64,000 nt of DNA from the human T2T-CHM13v2.0 reference genome, Homo sapiens: NCBI RefSeq assembly GCF_009914755.1, contig NC_060934.1; one strand, written 5' to 3'. Positions 48,104-63,076 of the stretch are shown one piece after another. Made by a program: the position numbers and the translations under genes. The notes under the pieces are model-generated. The model saw only the letters and a program-made list of their open reading frames with translations. It was not told where the DNA came from and did no database searches. Within the stretch, counting starts at the first letter, position 1; every line of letters begins with the position of its first letter.

Positions 48104-48526
48104 TGTGATGGTTAATTTTGTATGTCAGCTTGGCTAGGCTATGGTGCCAAGTTTTTTGGCCAAACATTAGTCTAGCTGTTACTGTGATAGTATTGTTTAT
48201 AGGAACTACCCTTTACAACACCGGTAGGTCTCATCTCATCCAATCATTTGAAGGCCCTAAGAGTAAAGACTGAAGCTTCCTGAAGAAGCAATTGTGCCTC
48301 CAGACTGCAGCATAGAAACCCTGAGTTTCCAGCCTGCAAATTTCAGACTCAAGACTGAAACATCCATTCTTGCCTTAACTTCCAGCCTGCAGGCTTGCTC
48401 TATGTATTTCAGATTTACCAGGTCCCACAATCACATGATAGGAGTCAGATCCTTAAAAATTTCTGTGTGTCTACATGCACACACACACACAATTAGTTTT
48501 GTTTCTCTGGAGAACTCTAGTATAAC
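48104..48526 (+). mobile_element. MLT2D-like LTR
   Basis: tgtgatggttaatttt...tgtcagcttggctaggctatggtgcc...gtttctctggagaactc. Confidence 0.85.
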
Positions 48527-49925
48527 ACATATCTATGTCTCTATCTATATCTACATATCTATATTAAGCTAAACGTTAGTCCACATGATGTCTCCCCCTC
48601 TAATCTACTATCGCATGGATCATTCTCCCCTTCCAGCACCCTTGCTTCTTCTGTAACCTCCCACTCAAACAGCGAGATGCTGGTTCCCACCATCCACCAG
48701 ACACTTATCAAATTGTCTGATCCACATGTATAGTGGTTTCAGAATTGTTAACCCATATTTCTGTGGGGAAAAACTTTGCCAAAAATAATACAGTGCTTAC
48801 GTGCCTTTCTGTTTGTCTTTAGTCTTAGAAAAATCCGCTAATTCCCAAAATTACTTAGGTCAGCACCGTTTCTCCCACCCTCTTCAAATGAGATTATTTC
48901 ATACATTTGTAATGCAGTTACATTATTTTGTCACATTCTGCATTCCATCCTGGGATCTCCAACATCCTACATGTTAAAAATATACATGCATTTGTGTCAA
49001 GTTCTGTGTATTTTGACACACGTTTAATATCTTGTATTCACCTTCACAAAATCATACAGAATAGTTTCACCACCTTAAGCTATTTCCTGTGCTTCACTTG
49101 TTCAATGCCCCACTCCCAATCCCCTGGCACCCGCCAATCTGTTTACCATCTCTACAGTTTTGCCTTTTTCAGAAGATATCATTGGAATCACATGGTATGC
49201 AATTTTTTCAAACTAACAATATACATTTATTAAAGATTTATTCATTTCTTTTCATGGCTTGATGGTTCTTTTTTTATTGCTGATTAACATTTTATTGCAT
49301 GGATATAACATAGTTGGTTTATCCATTCCCTTGTGAAAGGCATTTTGGTTGCTTTCAGTTTTTGACAATTGTGAATAAAACCACTATAAACATTCACGTA
49401 GATTTTTTGTGGACGTAAGTTTTCAATCAGTTGGTAAATACCTAGGAGTGTGGTTGCTGGATTATATGGTAATCCTGTGTTTAACTTTATAATAAGCTGC
49501 CAGACTATCTTCCAAAGTGACTGGCCCACTTTGCATTCTCAACATCAATGAACGCGAGCTCCTGTTGCTCTCTATTCTCACCAGCATTAGGATTGTTCAT
49601 TTTTAGATTTTAGGTATTCTAATTGGTGTGTATTAGTATCTCTTTGTTGTTTTAATTTGCAATTTCCTAATGACAAATGATGATGAACATCCTTTTATAT
49701 GTTATTTTATGATCTGTATGTCTTCTTTAGTGAGGTGTCTGTTCATATCATTTGATGATTTTTAACTGGGTTTTTTTCATTGTTAAGTTTTAAGAGTTGT
49801 TTTGTATATTTTGTATACAGGCAATTTATCCGATAGATGTTCTGCGGAGGTTTTCTTCTAGTCTGTGGCTTGTTGTTTTATTCTCTTAAGTGTCTTTTAG
49901 GAAAGCAGAATTGTTTAATTAATAA

Positions 49926-50183
<258 letters not shown>

Positions 50184-50749
50184 TGAATCTATATTCATGA
50201 GAATTTCTGGTCTGTGGTTTTCTTTTCCTGTAATGTTTTTATCTGTTTTTTTGAATTAGGGTAATCATGGCCTCATAGAATGAGTTAGGAAATAGTCCCT
50301 CTTCCATTTTATATCTTAAATGTTTGGTAGAATTCACTGGTTCTTGTATTTGTGGAATGTTATTAATTATTGATTCAATTTCTTTAATAGGTATAGGCCT
50401 ATTCCAATGATCTATTTCTGTTTCTGTAAGTCTTAGCAGCTTGTGTCTTTCAAAGCATTGGTTCATTTAATAATGTTATCAAATTTGTGGTCATAGAGTT
50501 GTATATAGTATTCCTTTATTATCATTTAAATGTCTATGGAATCACTAGTGATAACTCCTCTTTCATTTCTGATATTGGTAATTTGTGTCTTTTCTCTAAC
50601 CTGGCTTTTGGCCTACGAATTTGATTGATCTTTTCTATAAAAGATAGTTTTGTTTTTTTCATCTTTTCAATTTCATTGATTTATGTTCTATGTTTTATTA
50701 TTTCATTTTTCCCTCTTGATTCATGCTTAAATTGTACCTCTTTATCTAG

Positions 50750-51081
<332 letters not shown>

Positions 51082-51200
51082 TTTGAATTTCTAATATATG
51101 CATTTAATGCCATAAATTTCCCCTTTACCACTCCTTTCACTGTATCCCACAAATTGTGATAAATTATAGTTTATTTTCCTTTAGTTCAAAATATTTTTAA

Positions 51201-51428
<228 letters not shown>

Positions 51429-51434
51429 TGACTC

Positions 51435-51761
<327 letters not shown>

Positions 51762-52385
51762 TTAGAAGTGTCTTGTTTAATTTCCATATTAAATACTTGG
51801 GGGATTTCCCAGCTATCTTTCCATTATTGATTTCTACTTTATTTCAACTGTGGTCTGAGAACATACTTTATACAATATCTATTCCTTTAAATTTGTTGAG
51901 GTGTGTTTTATGGCCCCAGAATTTGATGTATCTTGTTGAATATTCCATACAAGCTTGAGAAGAACCTGTATTTTGCTGTTGTTGCATAGTCTTCTATAAA
52001 TGTCAATTAGATCAAGCTCATTGAAATTGCTATTCAGGTTAACTTTAGCCTTTATTTTACACCTGCTTCATCAATCAGCTACTGATAGACAGGTGCTGAA
52101 GTCTCCAACTATAATGGTGGATGTGCCTATTTTTAAGTTCTATTAATTTTTGCACATATATTTATTTAGGTGCATATAAGTTTAATATTGTTATGTCTTC
52201 TTAGAGAATTGAGCCAATTATTTTTACATAGTGCTCTTATTTATCCCTCATAAGTTTCCTTGTTCTGAAATCTGCTTTGTCTGAAATTAATATAACTGCT
52301 CCAGTTTTCTTTCAATTAGTGTTAGCATGGCATATTTTCTCTATTTCTTTGCTTTTAACCCATCAGAGTCTTAATATTTAAAGGG

Positions 52386-52710
<325 letters not shown>

Positions 52711-52809
52711 ATATTTAAAGGGTTTCTTACAGAAAACAAAAAGCTAGGTGTTCATTCTACTTCTTTAATCCACTCTGAAAATTTCTGTCTTTTAATTGTG
52801 TGTTTAGAT

Positions 52810-53129
52810 CAGCAGTACCCAACCTTTTTGGCACCAGGAACTGGTTTTGTGGAAGATAATTTTTCAATGGACCAAGGGTTGAGGGAGATGGTTTGGGGAT
52901 GAAACTGTTCCACCTTAGATCACCAGGCTTTAGTTAGATTCTCATAAGGAGTGCACAACCTAGATCCCTTGCATTTGTAGTTCACAATAAGCTTCAAACT
53001 CCTATAAGAATCTAATGCCACCGCTGACCTGATAGAAGGTGGAGTTCAGGCAGTAATGCTTGCTCACCCGCTGCTCACCTCCTGCTGTGCAGCCCAGTTC
53101 CTAACAGGCCTTGGACCGGTCCACAGCCC
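52810..53129 (+). mobile_element. MER1B (hAT-Charlie), 3' terminus missing
   Basis: cccaacctttttggcaccagg...gatgaaactgttccacc...agattctcataaggag...ctcacctcctgctgtgc. Confidence 0.9.
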
Positions 53130-53151
53130 AGTTCCTATCAGGAACTGATAG

Positions 53152-55247
53152 GCCTTTGGGAGGTGATTAGGTCATGAAGGTAGGACTTGGTACTGAGAAG
53201 TGGAGGGGGCTGCCATAATAAATACCTAAAATGTGGATGCAGCTTTGGAGCCAGGTAATGGGTAGAGGCTGGAAGAATTTTAAGGTACATGCTAGAAAAA
53301 GCCTACGTTGCTGTGAGTGGTTCATAAGCGGAAATTCTGAGGAGGAATCTCAGGAGAAGAGGAGTGCTACAGAGACAGACTCAATCTTCTGAGAATATCT
53401 AAGTGGTTATGAGCTGCATATTGGTAGAAATACGGACAATAAAGGCCATTCTGATGAGTTTCAGACAGAAATGAGGAACATGTTATTGTTGGACAATGGA
53501 GGAGAGGCCATTTTATCATAAAGTAGCAAAGAATCTGGTTGAATTGTGCTCATGCCCTCGTGTTTTGTGGAAAGTCGAACTTGCAAGCAATGAAACTGGG
53601 TATTTGGCTGAGGAAATCACTAAGCAAAGTAGTGAAAAGGTAGGCTGGTTCCTCTCAATTGCTTAAAGTAAAATGCAAAACGAAGAAATAATTTAAAAGA
53701 TGAAATTGTTTGTCAAAAGGGGAAGCAGAACTTAAAGATTTGGAAAATTCTCAGCCAATCCATATTGGAAATAACAAAAAAGCCTGTTCAAGACACCTTA
53801 TGATAAAGAGATTACTATGGATCAGGCATCTCACCAGAAGCCTCATGCTATACATCAAAATAATGGGGAGATTCATCAGTCATCTAAACAGAAAACAGGA
53901 CCTAAAATCTAAGACAATGGATGAATACCCGCAAAGACATTTCAGAGATCATCAGGGCTGCCCCTCCCATCACAGGGCTTCAAAGGAGGGACCACCACTA
54001 CCCAGCAGCCTCACACTGCAGGCTGTGCTCTTTGCTCTCCATCACCACACTCTCCAGTCATCCCATGTGTGCTTTGGTGGGCCCCATTGCAGCATGCACT
54101 GCACCAAGCAAAGCTGTGGGGGGCAGAGCCGGATTTCAAAGGATGCCCTAGAGAGCACTGGGGCCCAGGCAGAGAACCACCACAGGGGCAGGGCCACTGC
54201 AGAGAGCTCCCAACTAGGAAAATATCCAGAGAGCAATGAGGGCTTGACCTCAGACTGGTAGAGCCACTACCATGCAATTCCAGGCCCAGGAGAGCAACAG
54301 GTCCACAACTCCAACCCATAAGAGCTGTGGCATGGGCTGTACACAGCAAAGCCATGGGGGTGGGGCTGTCCAAAGCCATGAGGGCAGACAAAGCTGAGGA
54401 GGAGAGATCACCATCCCAGTAGGTCCAGAAGGCTGTCTTCCACCCCAGTGGGTGGCATCAGGTCAAGGAATATTTCTCTTGAGCCTTAAGAGTTTGGACT
54501 TGTTGAGACCTCTCATACCTTTCTTTATTCTTATTTCTCCCTTTTGGGATGGGACTGCCTGTCCTGTAACTGTCCCACCATTGTATTTTGGAAGCAAGTA
54601 GCATGTTTGATTTTAAATATTCAATTTGGATTGCTGGAGAACAATGCCTTAAAATGAATCATACCTTGAATCTCATCCACATCCTATTTAGATGACATTT
54701 AGATAAAACTTTGGTCTTGAGACTTTCGAGTTGATGCTAGAATGAGTTAAGACTTCCAGGTCTGTTGGGATGAGATTAATGTATTTCACACCTAAGAAGG
54801 ACATGAATTTTGGAAGGCCAGGGTGGAATGCTGTGGTTTGCATATATATTTTGTATACAGACAATTTATCAGATAGACGTCTTGAAAATATTTTATTTCA
54901 GTCTGTTTCTCCCTCAAATTCATATGTTGAAATCCTAACCCCTGAAATGATGGTATTTGGGATTGGGGTCTTTTGGGGTGATTAGGTCATGAAAGTGGAG
55001 CCCTCATACATGGGATTAATCCCCCTATAAAAGAGGCCTGAGGGAGACCCCCTGTCCCTTCCACCATGTGAGGACATCACAAGAAGGCACCATCTATGAA
55101 CCAGGAAAGGGTTCTTCACCTGACACCAACTCTGCTGGCAACTTGATTTTGGACTTCACAGCCTCCAAAACTGGGAGAAAGAAGTTTATGTTGTTTATAA
55201 ACTACATAATCTATGGTATTTTGTCAGCAGCCGAAATGGACTAAGAA
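53152..55247 (+). mobile_element. MLT1A-like MaLR provirus: 5' LTR remnant (53152-53186), internal region (53187-54828), 3' LTR (54829-55247)
   Basis: The internal region starts ttggtactgagaagtgg and contains gggtagaggctggaagaattt. The LTR runs from tgctgtggtttg through aaattcatatgttgaaatcctaacccc to gaaatggactaaga. Confidence 0.88.
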
Positions 55248-55658
55248 AGCAGGTCTGCTGGTGATAAAGCCCCCTAGTTTTTATTTTTCTGAGAAAGTCT
55301 TTGTCTTTCACTTGAACAATAAGTTCACTGGATATAGAAATCTAGGTTGTTGGAATTTTTTTTCTGTCAACACCTTAAATATTTCACCCTACTACTAACT
55401 GGGTGGGTAGAGTGGGTTTTAATCTCCGCAAAATGCCCCATCCCAGAGGAATTATCACTATTTGTGTTGTCTGGTAGTTCCCTAAAAAGCTGCATGCTCA
55501 AGGCTTGCCTTTATTTGACCTGACTCAGAGCTCACTGTGTATAAACAGCTCTATACCTAAGGTGTTTATTGAAAAAATGAGAAATTTTTCTACACTGTAG
55601 CTGCCTGAGATAACAATAAGAGCTGTGGCTAACAAAGGCTAACTAAAAACCTTTAAAG

Positions 55659-56572
55659 TATAAACCAAAGATAAAATCCTAAGCCCCCAACTGACTGAAT
55701 GAACCCCATCTTGGCCAAAGGGAACACAGAGAAACCTGAAAAACTAAATTCCAGGCCATGACGGGAAGGGAGGTTAGATTTGCCTCGTTATACTCCTGCC
55801 TTTTTGGAGTTTAGGCACAGGTGACCAGCATTAACATTAAAACTGAGATCATAAGACTGACCAAACAGACTCTTTGTGGCAATAAGATACCAAATTGCAA
55901 CCCGACTTTGGTATAGTATCACATGACGGATAGCAGACTCTGAAGGAAATAAAAATATTTTATCCCAAAATATATTTCTTTGACATATTTTGAAATGGCT
56001 GCCACAAGCCAGCAGATTGATGTAGAGGAAATTTGCATCTGAAGAGAATCTCCATTAATGCAGCCAGGCCTTCCCTTTCTAGGCCTTTCCTAGATCTAGG
56101 AGAGAATGAGAGTCTGACACCTTTAAAAGTTTAAAAAGAAACATTTACTATCTATTCTCTCTGAGGGCTGCCACCTAAGAGGCTTCATCTACATAATAAA
56201 AACCTTGTTGTTCACAACCTCCTTATCTTAACTCAGGCATTCCTTTCTGATTTCAAGCCTTTAGACAACAGCTTAACTCTCTCAACCAATTGTCAACTAA
56301 AGAATCCTTAAAACCCACCTAGGACTTGCAAGCCCTCACTTTGAAATGTCCCGGCTTTTCGGGCTGAACCAATGGGTACTTTACATGTATTTATTTATGT
56401 CTTTACTGTAACTTCTGCATCCCTAAAAGGCATAAAACCAAAATGAAACCTGATTGCCTCAGGCACACTTCTCAGAACCTCTTGAGACTGTTCCCTGGAC
56501 CAGGGTCCCTCATATTAGCCCAGAATAAACCTCTTTAAATATTTTACAGAGGTTAGTTTATGTTCATCAACA
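55659..56572 (+). mobile_element. MER4 (D/E-like) ERV1 solo LTR
   Basis: tataaaccaaagataaaatcctaagccccc...cagaataaacctctttaaatattttacagag...tcaaca, with 4-bp TSD AAAG. Confidence 0.9.
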
Positions 56573-57780
56573 AAAGGAAAAACTGAAAAATGAGATATCC
56601 ATAATGGGCTTAGAAAAGTGATGACATATTCCTACAAATCTAAACACCACATGCAAGTGCAGGGCTGTGTACATGCTCAGGAAAAAACCTGATAAAGATC
56701 TAGTCTCTCACTTATAGCTTAACTTGAGGTTCTGCATTTGCAGGAAGTGAAAGTTAAGGCAGATGTATAAACTGCAGGCCTGAACATTGACAGTGTGCTC
56801 CAACATATACACAGAGTTCCCAGCAAAGACTGGGAGACTCATTGGTCCAAGACATTCAAGGAAATTTCTGTCCAATCATTAGCTGACCACTATACCAACT
56901 AAGAAGAGACTTCGGTGGCTGCACATAACCAAGAATACAGACTTTACAGAATTAACCCAGGAAATCCACCAAACAAACAAGCAGAAGCAACAATAACAAC
57001 AACAATAAACAAACAAAAAAGCTTGGTTAGGAAGGGGAATCTTATTTTCCATGTCGCCACATTATATTATTTAATATATTCAGTTTTCAACAAGAAAACA
57101 TAGGAGATAGGCAAAGAAACAGGAAAGTATGGCCCATACACAGGAAAAAAGTCAGTCAATAGAACTGTTCCTAAGGAAGAGCAGATGAGATGTTGGACTT
57201 ACTAGACAAAGACTTTACATCAGCTATTGTAAATATGTGCAAAGAACTAATGAAAATCTTGTATAAATAATTAAAAGAAAGTATGACAACGACATCTCAC
57301 CAAGTAGATATATAAATAAAAACATAGAAACTACAATAAAAACAAATAGAAATTCTAGAATTGAAAAGTACATAATTAAAATTAAAAATCACTGGAGGGG
57401 CTCAACACAAGATTTTCACTTACATAAAACAGCATCAGTGAACCGGAAAATAGATGAAATAAAATGATACATTTGTAGAATAGGACAAAAAATTAATGAA
57501 ATAAATGAACAGAAGCCTCAGAAATCTGTGGAACAACATCAAGTGTGCCAACATACAGACAATGTGAGTTAAGGAGGATAGGAGAGAGAAGGGGTCAGAG
57601 AGAATATATGGAGAAATAATGGCTGAAAATGTGCCAAATTTTATGAAAACATTAATCTATGTATCTAAGAAGCTTAATGAACTCCTAGTAGGATAAACTG
57701 AAAGTGATCCACACCTAGATCCTTCATAATCAAATTGTCAAAGTGACAAAGACAAGAAGAGCCTTGAAAGTAGCAAGAGA

Positions 57781-58106
<326 letters not shown>

Positions 58107-58683
58107 TCAACAGGATTAATAGCTGAGTTCTCATCAAATATCATGGGAGCCAGAAAGCAGTGGAATGACATATTCAAAGTGCTAAAAAAATGACTTTTAA
58201 CTAAGAATTCTATATTTGGCCAAACTGTTTTTCAAAAAGAGCAAGAAATTAAGACATTCCTGGATAAACAAAAATTGGCAGAATTCATTATTAGCAGATT
58301 TTCACATAATGGCTCAAACAAATACTAATGGGAGTGCTTTAGCTGAAATGAAAGGACACCGGACAATAACTAGATTCACATAAGGAAATAAAAGTCACCA
58401 ATTAAGGTATCTACAATGTAAATAAAAATGACAATTTGTTTTGTGACACTTTTCTTCTCCTATCTGATTTAAAAGACAACTACACAAAGCAATAATTGTG
58501 TTGATGAGTTTAAAATGTATAAAGATGTAATGTCATGACAATGGCAAAAAGAAGAGATAAGGAATAGATTTATATTGAAGCAAAGTTCTTTGTATAGTAT
58601 TGAAATAAAATTCATATTAATATCAACTATACTGTTTTAATTAATATGTTATTGTAGCCCTCAGAGGCCCACTAAGAAAATAA

Positions 58684-58685
<2 letters not shown>

Positions 58686-58738
<53 letters not shown>
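58686..58738. repeat. (TA)n microsatellite, about 26 units
   Basis: Read directly. Confidence 0.97.
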
Positions 58739-58743
<5 letters not shown>

Positions 58744-59563
58744 GACATAAATCCATTTTTCCCAGGAATTACATTAAATGAATTAAACACTCCAACCAAA
58801 AGTCAGAGATTGGCAGAATGGATTTGAAGAGTGTGATTCAACTATACTTCAACAAGACACATACTTCAGATTCCAATACACAAATAGGTTGAAATGAAAG
58901 GACGGAAAGGATATGCCATGCATACGGTAAACAAAACAGAGCTGGTGTGGCTACACCAATATACAAGATAGGCCTTAAGGCAAAAATTGTTACTAGAGAC
59001 AAAGAAATACTTGTATAATGATAAAAGAGTCTACCTATTAGAAAGACATAACCAAAGTGGTTATGTCTTGCCATCTAACAACAGAGCTACTAGATATATG
59101 AAGATAAAAGTGAAAGAAAGGAGGAAGAAATAGTTCAACATAATAGCAGGAGACTTAAATACTCAACTTTCAATAATGGATAGAACAACTACACAGAAGA
59201 CCAACAGGGGACCCAAAGACTTGAACAACACTCTAAACCATTAGACATAACAAACGTCTATAGCACACTCCACCGTACCACAGCAGAATACATATTCTTC
59301 TCAAGTGTACATAGGACATTCTCTAGGATAGATCATATATTAGATAAAAAAATAAATCTCAATAAAATTTTAAAGATTAAACTCATATAAAGTATCTTCT
59401 CTGACCACAATAGAACTAGAAATTAATAACAGAAGGAAAACTGGAAAATTCACAAATATGTGGAAAATAAACAATGCACTTCTAAAAACAACCAAGGGGT
59501 CAAAGAACAAATCAAGAGAAAAATTAGCAAATACTTTGCAATGAATGAAAATGAGAAAGTATG

Positions 59564-59918
59564 TGATATGGTTTGGCTGTGTCTCCATTCAAATCTCAAC
59601 TTCAATTGTATCTCCCAAAATTCCCACATGTTGTGGGAGGGACCCAGGGGGAGGTAATTGAATAACGGGGGCTGGTCTTTCCTGTGCTATTCTTGTGATA
59701 GTTAATAAGTCTCACGAGATCTGATGGTTTTATCAGGGTTTACCCTTTTGCTTCCTCTGCATTCTCTTTCCTGCTGCCGCCGTGTAAGAAGTGCCTTTTG
59801 CCCTCTGCCATGACTATGAGACCTCTCCAGCCATAGAGAACTGTAACTCAAATTAAACTTCCTTTTTTTCTCAGTCTTGGGTATGTCTTTATCAGCAGCA
59901 TGAAAACAGACTAATACA
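59564..59918 (+). mobile_element. THE1 (A-like) solo LTR
   Basis: tgatatggtttggctgtgtc...aagtctcacgagatctgatgg...gcatgaaaacagactaataca. Flanks are GTATG / GTACA. Confidence 0.93.
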
Positions 59919-60032
59919 GTACAAAAACAAAAAATTGTTTCATTTAAAAGATAATCAGAATTGCAAACCTTTAGCTAGACTGACCAAGAAAAAAGAAGAT
60001 TCAAATTACTAAAATTAGAAATGAAAGAGACA

Positions 60033-62016
60033 TAAACATGCATATATCTTTATATTATTATAAAGAATTATTTATATATTATCCTAAATTATTACTTATA
60101 TTCCTTTAGGTATATACCCAGTAATAGGATTGCTGGGTCAAATGGTATTTCTGGTTCTAGGTCGTTGAGGAATCTTCCACAATGGTTGAACTAATTTACA
60201 TTCCCACCAACAGTGTAAAAGCATTCCTATTTCTCCACAGCCTTGCCAGCATCTGTTGTTTCTTGACTTTTTAATAATCACCATTCTGACTGGTGTGAGA
60301 TGGTATCCCACTGTGGTTTTGATTTGCATTTCTGTAATGATCAGTGATGTAGAGCTTTTTTTCATATATTTGTTGGCTGAATAAATGTCTTCTTTTGAGA
60401 AGTGCCTGTTCATGTCCTTCACCCACTTTTTAATGAGAGTGTTCATTTTTTCTTGTAAATTTGTTTAAGTTCCTTGTAGATTCTGGATATTAGACCTTTG
60501 TCAGATAGATAGATTGCAAAAATTTTCTCCCATTCTGTAGGGTGTCTGTTCATTCTGATGATAGTTTCTTTTGCTGTTAGTTCCTCTTTCTTTTAGATCC
60601 CATTTGTCAATTTTTGCTTTTGTTGCAATTTCTTTTGACATTTTCTTCATGAAATCTTTGCTCATACCTATGTCTTGAATGGGCCTAGATTTTCTTCTAG
60701 GGTTTTTATAGTTTTGAGTTTTACATTTAAGTCTTTAGGCCATCTTGAGTTAATTTTTGTATAAGGTGTAAAGAAGGGCTCCAGTCTCAATTTTCTGCAT
60801 ATGGCCAGCCAGTTTTCCCAGAACCATTTATTAAATAGGGAATCCTTTTCCCATTGCTTGTTTTTGTCAGGTTTATCAAGGATCAGATGGTTGTAGATGT
60901 GCAGTCTTATTTCTGAGGTCTCTATTCTGTTCCATTGGGCTATGTGTCTGTTTTTGTACCAGTACCATGCTGTTTTTGGTTACTGTAGCCTTATAGTATA
61001 GTTTCAAGTTGGGTAGCATAATGCCTCCATGTTCATTCTTTTTGCTTAGGATTGTCTTGGCTATACGGGCTCTTTTTTGGTCCCATATGAATTTTAAAGT
61101 AGTTTTTTTCTAATTCTGTGAAGAATGTCAATGGTAGTTTAATGGGAATAGCATTGAATCTATAAATTATTTTGGGCACTATGGCCATTTTAACAATATT
61201 GATTCTTCCTATCCATGAGCATGGAATGCTTTTCCATTTGTGTCCTCTCTGATTTCCTTAAGGGGTGGTTTGTAGTTTTCCTTGAAGAGGTCCTTCACTT
61301 CCCTTGTTAGCTGTATTCCTAGGTATTTTATTCTCTTTGTAGCAATTGTGAATGTGAGTTCATTCACTATTTGACTCTGCTTGTTTATTGTTGGTATATA
61401 GGAATGCTTGTTATTTTTGCATGTTTATTTTGCTGAAGGTACTTTTTGTTGCTGAAGCTACTTAGCTTAAGAAGCTTTGGGCTGAGACAATGGGATTTTC
61501 TAGATATGGGATCATGTCAACTGCAAACAGACCCAGTTTGACTTCCTCTCTTCCTACTTGAATACCTTTATTTCTTTATCTTGCCTGATTACCCTGGCCA
61601 GAACTTCCAATACTGTGTTGAATGGAAATGGTGAGAGAGGGCATCCTTGACTTGTGCCAGTTTTCAAGGGAATGCTTCCAGCTTTTGCCCATTCAGTATG
61701 ATACTGGCTGTGGGTTTGTCATAAATGGCTCTTATTATTTTGAGGTATGTCCCATCAATACCTAGTTCATTGAGAGTTTTTAACATGAAGCGATGTTGAA
61801 TTTTATCGAAGCCCTTTCCCACAGATAACCATGTGGTTTTTATCTTTAGTTCTGCTTATGTGATGAATTATGTTTATTGATTTGCATATATTGAACTAGC
61901 CTTGAATCCCGGGGATGAAGCTGACTTGATTGTTGTTGATAAGCTTTTTGATGTGCTGCTGGATTCAGTTTGCCAGTATTTTATTGAGGATTTTTGCTTC
62001 AATGTTCATTGGAGAC
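60033..62016 (-). mobile_element. L1PA (about PA7-8 age) ORF2 fragment, truncated at both ends
   Basis: Minus ORF 60138-60446 (KKWVKDMNRHFSKEDIY...[14 protein letters not shown]). No 3'UTR terminus or poly-T is visible. Confidence 0.9.
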
Positions 62017-62624
62017 AATATGTTTTATAAAATAGACATAAAAATACTAGCAAACCAAATCAAGCAATGTATAAAAAGGATTATATATCATAAGCAAGTG
62101 GATTTATCCAGGAATAAAAGATTGGCATAACATCCAAATATAATCAGTGTGAAACAATATTTTTTTTTTGTAATAGACAAAAAAAGCATCTGATAAAATA
62201 CAACACCTTTTTCTGTTAAAAAAAAAAAAAAAACTCAACAAACTTAAAATAGAAGAGAATTTCCTTAACCTTCTACAGGGCATCCGTGAAAAACCCAAAG
62301 CTAACACCATAACGTGGTAAAAGACTGAATACTTTCCCACTAAGATAAGGAATAAGACAAAGATGTCTGCTTTCACCACTTCTATTTAACACTATACTGG
62401 AGGTTCTAGCCAGGGAACTATTAAAAGGCATGCAGACTGGAAAGGCAGAAGTAAAACTATCTCTACAGATGACATAATCTTGTATACAGAACATCCTAAG
62501 GAATCCACAGGAAAATTATTAGAGCTAATACATGCATTCAACAAGGTTGTGGGATACAAAATCATTAGAGAAAAATTCATAGTATTTCAATACTTTGAAT
62601 GAACAATTTGAAAATGAAATTAAA

Positions 62625-62920
<296 letters not shown>

Positions 62921-62921
62921 A

Positions 62922-63076
62922 TAAAGGAAAGAGAAAGGGAAAGGGAAAGGGAGGAAAAGGAAGGAAGGAAGGGGAGGGGAGGGGAGGGGAGGGAGGGAGG
63001 GAGGTAGGAAGGAAGGAAGGAAGGAAGGAAGGAAGGAAGGAAGGAAGGAAGGAAAAAGAAAAGAAAAAGAAAAAAT
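62922..63076 (+). repeat. Polypurine tract including (GGGGA)n, (GGGA)n and (GGAA)12
   Basis: 12 consecutive GGAA units at 63007-63054. Derived from the Alu tail. Confidence 0.95.

Noticed and set aside
53710-54261. 183-aa ORF
   Set aside because: It lies in the MLT1A internal region with a TTG start. It is best explained as a decayed MaLR internal ORF fragment, with no sign of domestication.
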